Shown: piece after piece, positions 1 through 13,730 of the stretch
How the letters are laid out: every line of letters starts with the position of its first letter
Position numbering within the stretch: the stretch's first letter is position 1
NCBI GenBank assembly: GCA_964016885.1
Contig: OZ024751.1
Location: 46,376,001 to 46,440,000 of the forward strand
From: Eledone cirrhosa
Lineage: Eukaryota
Direction of reading: 5' to 3'
Length of the DNA stretch: 64,000 bases
Notes under the pieces: model-generated
The model's input: only the letters and a program-made list of their open reading frames with translations
The model's database searches: none
What the model was told of the DNA's origin: nothing
Translations under genes and position numbers: made by a program

Positions 1-3000
1 ATATAGTGTAGTGTGGTAGTGAGATAGTGTAGAGTGGTAGTGAGATAGTGTAGTGTGGTAGTGAGGACATGTTGTGTGGTAGTGAGATAGTGTAGAGTGG
101 TAGTGAGATAGTGTAGTGTGGTAGTGAGGACATGTTGTGTGGTAGTGAGATAGTGTCGTGTGGTAATGAGATAGTGTAGTGTGGTAGTGAGGACATGTTG
201 TGTGGTAGTGAGATAGTGTAGTGTGGTAGTGAGATAGTGTAGTGTGGTAGTGAGGACATGTTGTGTGGTAGTGAGATAGTGTAGTGTGGTAGTGAGATAG
301 TGTAGTGTGGTAGTGAGATAGTGTAGTGTGGTAGTGAGATAGTGTAGTGTGGTAGTGAGATAGTGTAGTGTGGTAGTGAGATAGTGTAGTGTGGTAGTGA
401 GATAGTGTAGTGTGGTAGTGAGATAGTGTAGTGTGGTAGTGAGATAGTGTAGTGTGGTAGTGAGATAGTGTCGTGTGGTAGTGAGATAGTGTAGTGTGGT
501 AGTGAGGACATGTTGTGTGGTAGTGAGATAGTGTAGTGTGGTAGTGAGATAGTGTAGTGTGGTAGTGAGGACATGTTGTGTGGTAGTGAGATAGTGTAGT
601 GTGGTAGTGAGGACATGTTGTGTGGTAGTGAGATAGTGTCGTGTGGTAGTGAGATAGTGTAGTGTGGTAGTGAGATAGTGTAGTGTGGTAGTGAGGACAT
701 GTTGTGTAGTAGTGAGGACATGTTGTGTGGTAGTGAGATAGTGTCGTGTGGTAATGAGATAGTGTCGTGTGGTAGTGAGATAGTGTAGTGTGGTAGTGAG
801 ATAGTGTAGTGTGGTAGTGAGATAGTGTAGTGTGGTAGTGAGATAGTGTAGAGTGGTAGTGAGATAGTATAGTGTGGTAGTGAGATAGTGTCGTGTGGTA
901 ATGAGATAGTGTAGTGTGGTAGTGAGATAGTGTAGTGTGGTAGTGAGATAGTGTAGTGTGGTAGTGAGATAGTGTAGTGTGGTAGTGAGATAGTGTCGTG
1001 TGGTAGTGAGATAGTGTAGTGTGGTAGTGAGATAGTGTAGTGTGGTAGTGAGATAGTGTAGTGTGGTAGTGAGATAGTGTAGTGTGGTAGTGAGATAGTG
1101 TCGTGTGGTAATGAGATAGTGTAGTGTGGTAGTGAGATAGTGTAGTGTGGTAGTGAGATAGTGTAGTGTGGTAGTGAGATAGTGTCGTGTGGTAGTGAGA
1201 TAGTGTAGTGTGGTAGTGAGGACATGTTGTGTGGTAGTGAGATAGTGTAGAGTGGTAGTGAGATAGTGTAGTGTGGTAGTGAGATAGTGTAGTGTGGTAG
1301 TGAGGACATGTTGTGTGGTAGTGAGGACATGTTGTGTGGTAGTGAGATAGTGTAGTGTGGTAGTGAGATAGTGTAGTGTGGTAGTGAGATAGTGTAGTGT
1401 GGTAGTGAGATAGTGTAGTGTGGTAGTGAGATAGTGTAGTGTGGTAGTGAGATAGTGTAGTGTGGTAGTGAGATAGTGTAGTGTGGTAGTGAGATAGTGT
1501 TGTGTGGTAGTGAGATAGTGTAGTGTGGTAGTGAGGACATGTTGTGTGGTAGTGAGATAGTGTAGTGTGGTAGTGAGATAGTGTAGTGTGGTAGTGAGGA
1601 CATGTTGTGTGGTAGTGAGATAGTGTAGTGTGGTAGTGAGGACATGTTGTGTGGTAGTGAGATAGTGTCGTGTGGTAGTGAGATAGTGTAGTGTGGTAGT
1701 GAGATAGTGTAGTGTGGTAGTGAGGACATGTTGTGTAGTAGTGAGGACATGTTGTGTGGTAGTGAGATAGTGTCGTGTGGTAATGAGATAGTGTTGTGTG
1801 GTAGTGAGATAGTGTAGTGTGGTAGTGAGATAGTGTAGTGTGGTAGTGAGATAGTGTAGTGTGGTAGTGAGATAGTGTAGAGTGGTAGTGAGATAGTGTA
1901 GTGTGGTAATGAGATAGTGTAGTGTGGTAGTGAGATAGTGTAGTGTGGTAGTGAGATAGTATAGTGTGGTAGTGAGATAGTGTCGTGTGGTAATGAGATA
2001 GTGTAGTGTGGTAGTGAGATAGTGTAGCATGGTAGTGAGATAGTGTAGTGTGGTAGTGAGATAGTGTCGTGTGGTAGTGAGATAGTGTAGTGTGGTAGTG
2101 AGATAGTGTAGTGTGGTAGTGAGATAGTGTAGAGTGGTAGTGAGATAGTGTAGTGTGGTAGTGAGATAGTGTAGTGTGGTAGTGAGATAGTGTAGTGTGG
2201 TAGTGAGATAGTGTAGAGTGGTAGTGAGATAGTGTAGTGTGGTAGTGAGATAGTGTCGTGTGGTAATGAGATAGTGTAGTGTGGTAGTGAGATAGTGTAG
2301 TGTGGTAGTGAGATAGTGTAGTGTGGTAGTGAGATAGTGTCGTGTGGTAATGAGATAGTGTAGTGTGGTAGTGAGATAGTGTAGTGTGGTAGTGAGATAG
2401 TGTAGTGTGGTAGTGAGATAGTGTCGTGTGGTAGTGAGATAGTGTAGTGTGGTAGTGAGGACATGTTGTGTGGTAGTGAGATAGTGTAGAGTGGTAGTGA
2501 GATAGTGTAGTGTGGTAGTGAGGACATGTTGTGTGGTAGTGAGATAGTGTCGTGTGGTAGTGAGATAGTGTAGTGTGGTAGTGAGGACATGTTGTGTGGT
2601 AGTGAGATAGTGTAGTGTGGTAGTGAGATAGTGTAGTGTGGTAGTGAGGACATGTTGTGTGGTAGTGAGATAGTGTAGTGTGGTAGTAAGATAGTGTAGT
2701 GTGGTAGTGAGGACATGTTGTGTGGTAGTGAGATAGTGTAGTGTGGTAGTGAGATAGTGTAGTGAGGTGGTGAGATAGTGTAGTGTGGTAGTGAGATAGT
2801 GTAGTGTGGTAGTGAGGACATGTTGTGTGGTAGTGAGATAGTGTAGTGTGGTAGTGAGATAGTGTAGTGTGGTAGTGAGGACATGTTGTGTGGTAGTGAG
2901 ATAGTGTAGAGTGGTAGTGAGATAGTGTAGTGTGGTAGTGAGGACATGTTGTGTGGTAGTGAGATAGTGTAGTGTGGTAGTGAGATAGTGTAGTGAGGTG

Positions 3001-6000
3001 GTGAGATAGTGTAGTGTGGTAGTGAGATAGTGTAGTGTGGTAGTGAGATAGTGTAGTGTGGTAGTGAGGACATGTTGTGTGGTAGTGAGATAGTGTAGTG
3101 TGGTAGTGAGATAGTGTAGTGTGGTAGTGAGATAGTGTAGTGTGGTAGTGAGATAGTGTAGTGTGGTAGTGAGGACATGTTGTGTGGTAGTGAGATAGTG
3201 TAGTGTGGTAGTGAGATAGTGTAGTGTGGTAGTGAGATAGTGTAGTGTGGTAGTGAGATAGTGTAGTGTGGTAGTGAGGACATGTTGTGTGGTAGTGAGA
3301 TAGTGTAGAGTGGTAGTGAGATAGTGTAGTGTGGTAGTGAGATAGTGTAGTGTGGTGTGGTAGTGAGGACATGTTGTGTGGTAGTGAGATAGTGTAGTGT
3401 GGTAGTGAGATAGTGCAGTGTGGTAGTGAGATAGTGTAGTGTGGTAGTGAGATAGTGTAGAGTGGTAGTGAGATAGTGTAGTGTGGTAGTGAGGACATGT
3501 TGTGTGGTAGTGAGATAGTGTCGTGTGGTAATGAGATAGTGTAGTGTGGTAGTGAGGACATGTTGTGTGGTAGTGAGATAGTGTAGTGTGGTAGTGAGAT
3601 AGTGTAGTGTGGTAGTGAGGACATGTTGTGTGGTAGTGAGATAGTGTAGTGTGGTAGTGAGATAGTGTAGTGTGGTAGTGAGATAGTGTAGTGTGGTAGT
3701 GAGATAGTGTAGTGTGGTAGTGAGGACATGTTGTGTGGTAGTGAGATAGTGTTGTGTGGTAGTGAGATAGTGTAGTGTGGTAGCGAGATAGTGTAGTGTG
3801 GTAGTGAGATAGTGTAGTGTGGTAGTGAGATAGTGTAGTGTGGTAGTGAGATTGTGTAGTGTGGTAGTGAGATAGTGTAGTGTGGTAGTGAGATAGTGTA
3901 GTGTGGTAGTGAGATAGTGTAGTGTGGTAGTGAGATAGTGTCGTGTGGTAGTGAGATAGTGTAGTGTGGTAGTGAGGACATGTTGTGTGGTAGTGAGATA
4001 GTGTAGTGTGGTAGTGAGATAGTGTAGTGTGGTAGTGAGGACATGTTGTGTGGTAGTGAGATAGTGTAGTGTGGTAGTGAGATAGTGTAGTGTGGTAGTG
4101 AGGACATGTTGTGTGGTAGTGAGATAGTGTAGTGTGGTAGTGAGGACATGTTGTGTGGTAGTGAGATAGTGTCGTGTGGTAGTGAGATAGTGTAGTGTGG
4201 TAGTGAGATAGTGTAGTGTGGTAGTGAGGACATGTTGTGTAGTAGTGAGGACATGTTGTGTGGTAGTGAGATAGTGTCGTGTGGTAATGAGATAGTGTCG
4301 TGTGGTAGTGAGATAGTGTAGTGTGGTAGTGAGATAGTGTAGTGTGGTAGTGAGATAGTGTAGTGTGGTAGTGAGATAGTGTAGAGTGGTAGTGAGATTG
4401 TGTAGTGTGGTAGTGAGATAGTGTCGTGTGGTAATGAGATAGTGTAGTGTGGTAGTGAGATAGTGTAGTGTGGTAGTGAGATAGTGTAGTGTGGTAGTGA
4501 GATAGTGTAGTGTGGTAGTGAGATAGTGTAGTGTGGTAGTGAGATAGTGTCGTGTGGTAATGAGATAGTGTAGTGTGGTAGTGAGATAGTGTAGTGTGGT
4601 AGTGAGATAGTGTAGTGTGGTAGTGAGATAGTGTCGTGTGGTAGTGAGATAGTGTAGTGTGGTAGTGAGGACATGTTGTGTGGTAGTGAGATAGTGTAGA
4701 GTGGTAGTGAGATAGTGTAGTGTGGTAGTGAGGACATGTTGTGTGGTAGTGAGATAGTGTTGTGTGGTAGTGAGATAGTGTAGTGTGGTAGTGAGATAGT
4801 GTAGTGAGGTGGTGAGATAGTGTAGTGTGGTAGTGAGATAGTGTAGTGTGGTAGTGAGGACATGTTGTGTGGTAGTGAGATAGTGTAGTGTGGTAGTGAG
4901 ATAGTGTAGTGTGGTAGTGAGGACATGTTGTGTGGTAGTGAGATAGTGTAGAGTGGTAGTGAGATAGTGTAGTGTGGTAGTGAGGACATGTTGTGTGGTA
5001 GTGAGATAGTGTAGTGTGGTAGTGAGATAGTGTAGTGAGGTGGTGAGATAGTGTAGTGTGGTAGTGAGATAGTGTAGTGTGGTAGTGAGATAGTGTAGTG
5101 TGGTAGTGAGGACATGTTGTGTGGTAGTGAGATAGTGTAGTGTGGTAGTGAGATAGTGTAGTGTGGTAGTGAGGAGATGTTGTGTGGTAGTGAGATAGTG
5201 TAGTGTGGTAGTGAGATAGTGTAGTGTGGTAGTGAGATAGTGTAGTGTGGTAGTGAGATAGTGTAGTGTGGTAGTGAGATAGTGTAGTGTGGTAGTGAGG
5301 ACATGTTGTGTGGTAGTGAGATAGTGTCGTGTGGTAGTGAGGACATGTTGTGTGGTAGTGAGATAGTGTAGTGTGGTAGTGAGATAGTTTAGTGTGGTAG
5401 TGAGGACATGTTGTGTGGTAGTGAGATAGTGTAGTGTGGTAGTGAGATAGTGTAGTGTGGTAGTGAGGACATGTTGTGTGGTAGTGAGATAGTGTCGTGT
5501 GGTAGTGAGGACATGTTGTGTGGTAGTGAGATAGTGTAGTGTGGTAGTGAGATAGTTTAGTGTGGTAGTGAGGACATGTTGTGTGGTAGTGAGATAGTGT
5601 AGTGTGGTAGTGAGATAGTGTAGTGTGGTAGTGAGGACATGTTGTGTGGTAGTGAGATAGTGTTGTGTGGTAGTGAGATAGTGTAGTGTGGTAGCGAGAT
5701 AGTGTAGTGTGGTAGTGAGATAGTGTAGTGTGGTAGTGAGATAGTGTAGTGTGGTAGTGAGATAGTGTAGTGTGGTAGTGAGATAGTGTAGTGTGGTAGT
5801 GAGATAGTGTAGTGTGGTAGTGAGATAGTGTAGTGTGGTAGTGAGATAGTGTAGTGTGGTAGTGAGATAGTGTAGTGTGGTAGTGAGATAGTGTAGTGTG
5901 GTAGTGAGATAGTGTAGTGTGGTAGTGAGATAGTGTAGTGTGGTAGTGAGGACATGTAGTGTGGTAGTGAGATAGTGTAGTGTGGTAGTGAGATAGTGTA

Positions 6001-9000
6001 GTGTGGTAGTGAGATAGTGTAGTGTGGTAGTGAGATAGTGTAGTGTGGTAGTGAGATAGTGTAGTGTGGTAGTGAGATAGTGTAGTGTGGTAGTGAGATA
6101 GTGTAGTGTGGTAGTGAGATAGTGTAGTGTGGTAGTGAGGACATGTAGTGTGGTAGTGAGATAGTGTAGTGTGGTAGTGAGATAGTGTAGTGTGGTAGTG
6201 AGATAGTGTAGTGTGGTAGTGAGATAGTGTAGTGTGGTAGTGAGATAGTGTAGTGTGGTAGTGAGATAGTGTAGTGTGGTAGTGAGATAGTGTAGTGTGG
6301 TAGTGAGATAGTGTAGTGTGGTAGTGAGATAGTGTAGTGTGGTAGTGAGATAGTGTCGTGTGGTAGTGAGATAGTGTAGTGTGGTAGTGAGGACATGTTG
6401 TGTGGTAGTGAGATAGTGTAGTGTGGTAGTGAGATAGTGTAGTGTGGTAGTGAGGACATGTTGTGTGGTAGTGAGATAGTGTAGTGTGGTAGTGAGGACA
6501 TGTTGTGTGGTAGTGAGATAGTGTCGTGTGGTAGTGAGATAGTGTAGTGTGGTAGTGAGATAGTGTAGTGTGGTAGTGAGGACATGTTGTGTAGTAGTGA
6601 GGACATGTTGTGTGGTAGTGAGATAGTGTCGTGTGGTAATGAGATAGTGTCGTGTGGTAGTGAGATAGTGTAGTGTGGTAGTGAGATAGTGTAGTGTGGT
6701 AGTGAGATAGTGTAGTGTGGTAGTGAGATAGTGTAGAGTGGTAGTGAGATAGTGTAGAGTGGTAGTGAGATAGTGTAGTGTGGTAGTGAGATAGTGTCGT
6801 GTGGTAGTGAGATAGTGTAGTGTGGTAGTGAGATAGTGTAGTGTGGTAGTGAGATAGTGTAGTGTGGTAGTGAGATAGTGTAGTGTGGTAGTGAGATAGT
6901 GTCGTGTGGTAATGAGATAGTGTAGTGTGGTAGTGAGATAGTGTAGTGTGGTAGTGAGATAGTGTAGTGTGGTAGTGAGATAGTGTCGTGTGGTAGTGAG
7001 ATAGTGTAGTGTGGTAGTGAGATAGTGTAGTGAGGTGGTGAGATAGTGTAGTGTGGTAGTGAGATAGTGTAGTGTGGTAGTGAGGACATGTTGTGTGGTA
7101 GTGAGATAGTGTAGTGTGGTAGTGAGATAGTGTAGTGTGGTAGTGAGGACATGTTGTGTGGTAGTGAGATAGTGTAGAGTGGTAGTGAGATAGTGTAGTG
7201 TGGTAGTGAGGACATGTTGTGTGGTAGTGAGATAGTGTAGTGTGGTAGTGAGATAGTGTAGTGAGGTGGTGAGATAGTGTAGTGTGGTAGTGAGATAGTG
7301 TAGTGTGGTAGTGAGATAGTGTAGTGTGGTAGTGAGGACATGTTGTGTGGTAGTGAGATAGTGTAGTGTGGTAGTGAGATAGTGTAGTGTGGTAGTGAGG
7401 ACATGTTGTGTGGTAGTGAGATAGTGTAGTGTGGTAGTGAGATAGTGTAGTGTGGTAGTGAGATAGTGTAGTGTGGTAGTGAGATAGTGTAGTGTGGTAG
7501 TGAGATAGTGTAGTGTGGTAGTGAGGACATGTTGTGTGGTAGTGAGATAGTGTCGTGTGGTAGTGAGGACATGTTGTGTGGTAGTGAGATAGTGTAGTGT
7601 GGTAGTGAGATAGTTTAGTGTGGTAGTGAGGACATGTTGTGTGGTAGTGAGATAGTGTAGTGTGGTAGTGAGATAGTGTAGTGTGGTAGTGAGGACATGT
7701 TGTGTGGTAGTGAGATAGTGTTGTGTGGTAGTGAGATAGTGTAGTGTGGTAGCGAGATAGTGTAGTGTGGTAGTGAGATAGTGTAGTGTGGTAGTGAGAT
7801 AGTGTAGTGTGGTAGTGAGATAGTGTAGTGTGGTAGTGAGATAGTGTAGTGTGGTAGTGAGATAGTGTAGTGTGGTAGTGAGATAGTGTAGTGTGGTAGT
7901 GAGATAGTGTAGTGTGGTAGTGAGATAGTGTAGTGTGGTAGTGAGATAGTGTAGTGTGGTAGTGAGATAGTGTCGTGTGGTAATGAGATAGTGTAGTGTG
8001 GTAGTGAGATAGTGTAGTGTGGTAGTGAGATAGTGTAGTGTGGTAGTGAGATAGTGTCGTGTGGTAGTGAGATAGTGTAGTGTGGTAGTGAGATAGTGTA
8101 GTGAGGTGGTGAGATAGTGTAGTGTGGTAGTGAGATAGTGTAGTGTGGTAGTGAGGACATGTTGTGTGGTAGTGAGATAGTGTAGTGTGGTAGTGAGATA
8201 GTGTAGTGTGGTAGTGAGGACATGTTGTGTGGTAGTGAGATAGTGTAGAGTGGTAGTGAGATAGTGTAGTGTGGTAGTGAGGACATGTTGTGTGGTAGTG
8301 AGATAGTGTAGTGTGGTAGTGAGATAGTGTAGTGAGGTGGTGAGATAGTGTAGTGTGGTAGTGAGATAGTGTAGTGTGGTAGTGAGATAGTGTAGTGTGG
8401 TAGTGAGGACATGTTGTGTGGTAGTGAGATAGTGTAGTGTGGTAGTGAGATAGTGTAGTGTGGTAGTGAGGACATGTTGTGTGGTAGTGAGATAGTGTAG
8501 TGTGGTAGTGAGATAGTGTAGTGTGGTAGTGAGATAGTGTAGTGTGGTAGTGAGATAGTGTAGTGTGGTAGTGAGATAGTGTAGTGTGGTAGTGAGGACA
8601 TGTTGTGTGGTAGTGAGATAGTGTCGTGTGGTAGTGAGGACATGTTGTGTGGTAGTGAGATAGTGTAGTGTGGTAGTGAGATAGTTTAGTGTGGTAGTGA
8701 GGACATGTTGTGTGGTAGTGAGATAGTGTAGTGTGGTAGTGAGATAGTGTAGTGTGGTAGTGAGGACATGTTGTGTGGTAGTGAGATAGTGTTGTGTGGT
8801 AGTGAGATAGTGTAGTGTGGTAGCGAGATAGTGTAGTGTGGTAGTGAGATAGTGTAGTGTGGTAGTGAGATAGTGTAGTGTGGTAGTGAGATAGTGTAGT
8901 GTGGTAGTGAGATAGTGTAGTGTGGTAGTGAGATAGTGTAGTGTGGTAGTGAGATAGTGTAGTGTGGTAGTGAGATAGTGTAGTGTGGTAGTGAGATAGT

Positions 9001-12000
9001 GTAGTGTGGTAGTGAGATAGTGTAGTGTGGTAGTGAGATAGTGTAGTGTGGTAGTGAGGACATGTAGTGTGGTAGTGAGATAGTGTAGTGTGGTAGTGAG
9101 ATAGTGTAGTGTGGTAGTGAGATAGTGTAGTGTGGTAGTGAGATAGTGTAGTGTGGTAGTGAGATAGTGTAGTGTGGTAGTGAGATAGTGTAGTGTGGTA
9201 GTGAGATAGTGTAGTGTGGTAGTGAGATAGTGTAGTGTGGTAGTGAGATAGTGTAGTGTGGTAGTGAGGACATGTAGTGTGGTAGTGAGATAGTGTAGTG
9301 TGGTAGTGAGATAGTGTAGTGTGGTAGTGAGATAGTGTAGTGTGGTAGTGAGATAGTGTAGTGTGGTAGTGAGATAGTGTAGTGTGGTAGTGAGATAGTG
9401 TAGTGTGGTAGTGAGATAGTGTAGTGTGGTAGTGAGATAGTGTAGTGTGGTAGTGAGATAGTGTAGTGTGGTAGTGAGATAGTGTAGTGTGGTAGTGAGA
9501 TAGTGTCGTGTGGTAGTGAGATAGTGTAGTGTGGTAGTGAGGACATGTTGTGTGGTAGTGAGATAGTGTAGTGTGGTAGTGAGATAGTGTAGTGTGGTAG
9601 TGAGGACATGTTGTGTGGTAGTGAGATAGTGTAGTGTGGTAGTGAGGACATGTTGTGTGGTAGTGAGATAGTGTCGTGTGGTAGTGAGATAGTGTAGTGT
9701 GGTAGTGAGATAGTGTAGTGTGGTAGTGAGGACATGTTGTGTAGTAGTGAGGACATGTTGTGTGGTAGTGAGATAGTGTCGTGTGGTAATGAGATAGTGT
9801 CGTGTGGTAGTGAGATAGTGTAGTGTGGTAGTGAGATAGTGTAGTGTGGTAGTGAGATAGTGTAGTGTGGTAGTGAGATAGTGTAGAGTGGTAGTGAGAT
9901 AGTGTAGTGTGGTAGTGAGATAGTGTCGTGTGGTAATGAGATAGTGTAGTGTGGTAGTGAGATAGTGTAGTGTGGTAGTGAGATAGTGTAGTGTGGTAGT
10001 GAGATAGTGTAGTGTGGTAGTGAGATAGTGTAGTGTGGTAGTGAGATAGTGTCGTGTGGTAATGAGATAGTGTAGTGTGGTAGTGAGATAGTGCAGTGTG
10101 GTAGTGAGATAGTGTAGTGTGGTAGTGAGATAGTGTCGTGTGGTAGTGAGATAGTGTAGTGTGGTAGTGAGGACATGTTGTGTGGTAGTGAGATAGTGTA
10201 GAGTGGTAGTGAGATAGTGTAGTGTGGTAGTGAGGACATGTTGTGTGGTAGTGAGATAGTGTCGTGTGGTAGTGAGATAGTGTAGTGTGGTAGTGAGGAC
10301 ATGTTGTGTGGTAGTGAGATAGTGTAGTGTGGTAGTGAGATAGTGTAGTGTGGTAGTGAGATAGTGTAGTGTGGTAGTGAGGACATGTTGTGTGGTAGTG
10401 AGATAGTGTCGTGTGGTAGTGAGGACATGTTGTGTGGTAGTGAGGACATGTTGTGTGGTAGTGAGATAGTGTAGTGTGGTAGTGAGATAGTTTAGTGTGG
10501 TAGTGAGGACATGTTGTGTGGTAGTGAGATAGTGTAGTGTGGTAGTGAGATAGTGTAGTGTGGTAGTGAGGACATGTTGTGTGGTAGTGAGATAGTGTTG
10601 TGTGGTAGTGAGATAGTGTAGTGTGGTAGCGAGATAGTGTAGTGTGGTAGTGAGATAGTGTAGTGTGGTAGTGAGATAGTGTAGTGTGGTAGTGAGATAG
10701 TGTAGTGTGGTAGTGAGATAGTGTAGTGTGGTAGTGAGATAGTGTAGTGTGGTAGTGAGATAGTGTAGTGTGGTAGTGAGATAGTGTAGTGTGGTAGTGA
10801 GATAGTGTAGTGTGGTAGTGAGGACATGTAGTGTGGTAGTGAGATAGTGTAGTGTGGTAGTGAGATAGTGTAGTGTGGTAGTGAGATAGTGTAGTGTGGT
10901 AGTGAGATAGTGTAGTGTGGTAGTGAGATAGTGTAGTGTGGTAGTGAGATAGTGTAGTGTGGTAGTGAGATAGTGTAGTGTGGTAGTGAGGACATGTAGT
11001 GTGGTAGTGAGATAGTGTAGTGTGGTAGTGAGATAGTGTAGTGTGGTAGTGAGATAGTGTAGTGTGGTAGTGAGATAGTGTAGTGTGGTAGTGAGATAGT
11101 GTAGTGTGGTAGTGAGATAGTGTAGTGTGGTAGTGAGATAGTGTAGTGTGGTAGTGAGATAGTGTAGTGTGGTAGTGAGATAGTGTAGTGTGGTAGTGAG
11201 ATAGTGTCGTGTGGTAGTGAGATAGTGTAGTGTGGTAGTGAGGACATGTTGTGTGGTAGTGAGATAGTGTAGTGTGGTAGTGAGATAGTGTAGTGTGGTA
11301 GTGAGGACATGTTGTGTGGTAGTGAGATAGTGTAGTGTGGTAGTGAGGACATGTTGTGTGGTAGTGAGATAGTGTCGTGTGGTAGTGAGATAGTGTAGTG
11401 TGGTAGTGAGATAGTGTAGTGTGGTAGTGAGGACATGTTGTGTAGTAGTGAGGACATGTTGTGTGGTAGTGAGATAGTGTCGTGTGGTAATGAGATAGTG
11501 TCGTGTGGTAGTGAGATAGTGTAGTGTGGTAGTGAGATAGTGTAGTGTGGTAGTGAGATAGTGTAGTGTGGTAGTGAGATAGTGTAGAGTGGTAGTGAGA
11601 TAGTGTAGTGTGGTAGTGAGATAGTGTCGTGTGGTAATGAGATAGTGTAGTGTGGTAGTGAGATAGTGTAGTGTGGTAGTGAGATAGTGTAGTGCGGTAG
11701 TGAGATAGTGTAGTGTGGTAGTGAGATAGTGTAGTGTGGTAGTGAGATAGTGTCGTGTGGTAATGAGATAGTGTAGTGTGGTAGTGAGATAGTGCAGTGT
11801 GGTAGTGAGATAGTGTAGTGTGGTAGTGAGATAGTGTCGTGTGGTAGTGAGATAGTGTAGTGTGGTAGTGAGGACATGTTGTGTGGTAGTGAGATAGTGT
11901 AGAGTGGTAGTGAGATAGTGTAGTGTGGTAGTGAGGACATGTTGTGTGGTAGTGAGATAGTGTCGTGTGGTAGTGAGATAGTGTAGTGTGGTAGTGAGGA

Positions 12001-13062
12001 CATGTTGTGTGGTAGTGAGATAGTGTAGTGTGGTAGTGAGATAGTGTAGTGTGGTAGTGAGGACATGTTGTGTGGTAGTGAGATAGTGTAGTGTGGTAGT
12101 GAGATAGTGTAGTGTGGTAGTGAGGACATGTTGTGTGGTAGTGAGATAGTGTAGTGTGGTAGTGAGATAGTGTAGTGTGGTAGTGAGGACATGTTGTGTG
12201 GTAGTGAGATAGTGTAGAGTGGTAGTGAGATAGTGTAGTGTGGTAGTGAGGACATGTTGTGTGGTAGTGAGATAGTGTAGTGTGGTAGTGAGATAGTGTA
12301 GTGAGGTGGTGAGATAGTGTAGTGTGGTAGTGAGATAGTGTAGTGTGGTAGTGAGGACATGTTGTGTGGTAGTGAGATAGTGTAGTGTGGTAGTGAGATA
12401 GTGTAGTGTGGTAGTGAGATAGTGTAGTGTGGTAGTGAGATAGTGTAGTGTGGTAGTGAGGACATGTTGTGTGGTAGTGAGATAGTGTAGAGTGGTAGTG
12501 AGATAGTGTAGTGTGGTAGTGAGATAGTGTAGTGTGGTGTGGTAGTGAGGACATGTTGTGTGGTAGTGAGATAGTGTAGTGTGGTAGTGAGGACATGTTG
12601 TGTGGTAGTGAGATAGTGTAGTGTGGTAGTGAGATAGCGCAGTGTGGTAGTGAGATAGTGTAGTGTGGTAGTGAGATAGTGTAGAGTGGTAGTGAGATAG
12701 TGTAGTGTGGTAGTGAGGACATGTTGTGTGGTAGTGAGATAGTGTCGTGTGGTAATGAGATAATGTAGTGTGGTAGTGAGGACATGTTGTGTGGTAGTGA
12801 GATAGTGTCGTGTGGTAATGAGATAGTGTAGTGTGGTAGTGAGGACATGTTGTGTGGTAGTGAGATAGTGTAGAGTGGTAGTGAGATAGTGTAGTGTGGT
12901 AGTGAGGACATGTTGTGTGGTAGTGAGATAGTGTAGAGTGGTAGTGAGATAGTGTAGTGAGGTGGTGAGATAGTGTAGTGAGGTGGTGAGGACATGTGTG
13001 GTGTAGTGTAGTGTGGTAGTGACGACATGTTGCGTGGTGGTGTAGTGTGATGGTGATGACAT
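1..13062. repeat. 21-bp minisatellite array (GTGTGGTAGTGAGATAGTGTA; main variant GTGTGGTAGTGAGGACATGTT), about 620 units, runs off the window start
   Basis: Tandem periodicity is directly visible. Units degenerate at the right edge (12960-13062). The long minus-strand ORFs are translations of the repeat. Confidence 0.98.
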
Positions 13063-13291
13063 GCCTAATAACTACAACATAACCACCATTATGCACACCA
13101 CCACCACCACCACTGTGGATGCCATTAATCTATAAAAAGCTTATGTCCATATTCTGTTTATTTATTCATTATTTTTAGCAAAAATAATCCATTGTGTAGA
13201 AAATGTTTCAGTTAATGTCACACACATTTTCCTTTTTTAAGAAATGACAGTTAAAACTATTACATTGTCATCTGCGAAAATCCTACTTTAA

Positions 13292-13730
13292 CCCTTTAGC
13301 ATTTACATTACTCTATATTTGCTATTATATGAAGGCGTGTGGCTGAGTGGTTAGAGAATTGGATTTGCAATCGTGAGTTTGTGAGTTCGATTCCCGGACC
13401 ATGCGATGCGTTATTTCCTTGAGCAAGACACTTTATTTCATGTTGCACCGTCTACCTGGAGTTGCGACCGATAGAGAGTATTAGCAATTGGAAATATCAA
13501 TGGAAACATTGTTTCCTCAGTCCGATTTGACAAAAGTCGATTATTCCTTTTTTGTTTTTACTATTATATTTTCAAGGTAAAGGCTTTACCTTACATAATT
13601 ATCTCACATAATATCGAATCTATGAGATTTTGATATTATTTATTTTGAGAAAAATACCTTAACATAAGTATGAGTGGCCAGTTATGGCCGGTTTGGACAG
13701 AAAGAGATGGCCGGTTTAAATGCTAAAGGG
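13292..13730. mobile_element. piggyBac-like non-autonomous DNA transposon (MITE) with a nested SINE
   Basis: TTAA-CCCTTTAGCATTTA ... TAAATGCTAAAGGG-TTAA: perfect 14-bp TIRs and a TTAA target duplication. Confidence 0.85.
13332..13450 (+). mobile_element. tRNA-derived CORE-type SINE head
   Basis: A box TGGCTGAGTGG, B box GAGTTCGATTCCC, then CCTTGAGCAAGACACTTTATTTC (CORE-like domain). Confidence 0.8.

Noticed and set aside
5557-13062. Four long minus-strand ORFs (LPHYTIS repeats) as protein genes
   Set aside because: They are translations of the 21-bp minisatellite. Starts and stops are just recurring unit variants, and the peptide phase switches at a 5-nt insertion.
1-13062. CRISPR array or telomere
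   Set aside because: There are no unique spacers or cas genes and the context is eukaryotic. The unit is not TTAGGG-like and the G-rich strand points into the window.
13332-13400. tRNA genes at SINE heads, and a tRNA-Trp gene at 14408
   Set aside because: The heads continue into SINE core domains. The tRNA-Trp match is only the 3' 18 nt including CCA, i.e. a PBS.
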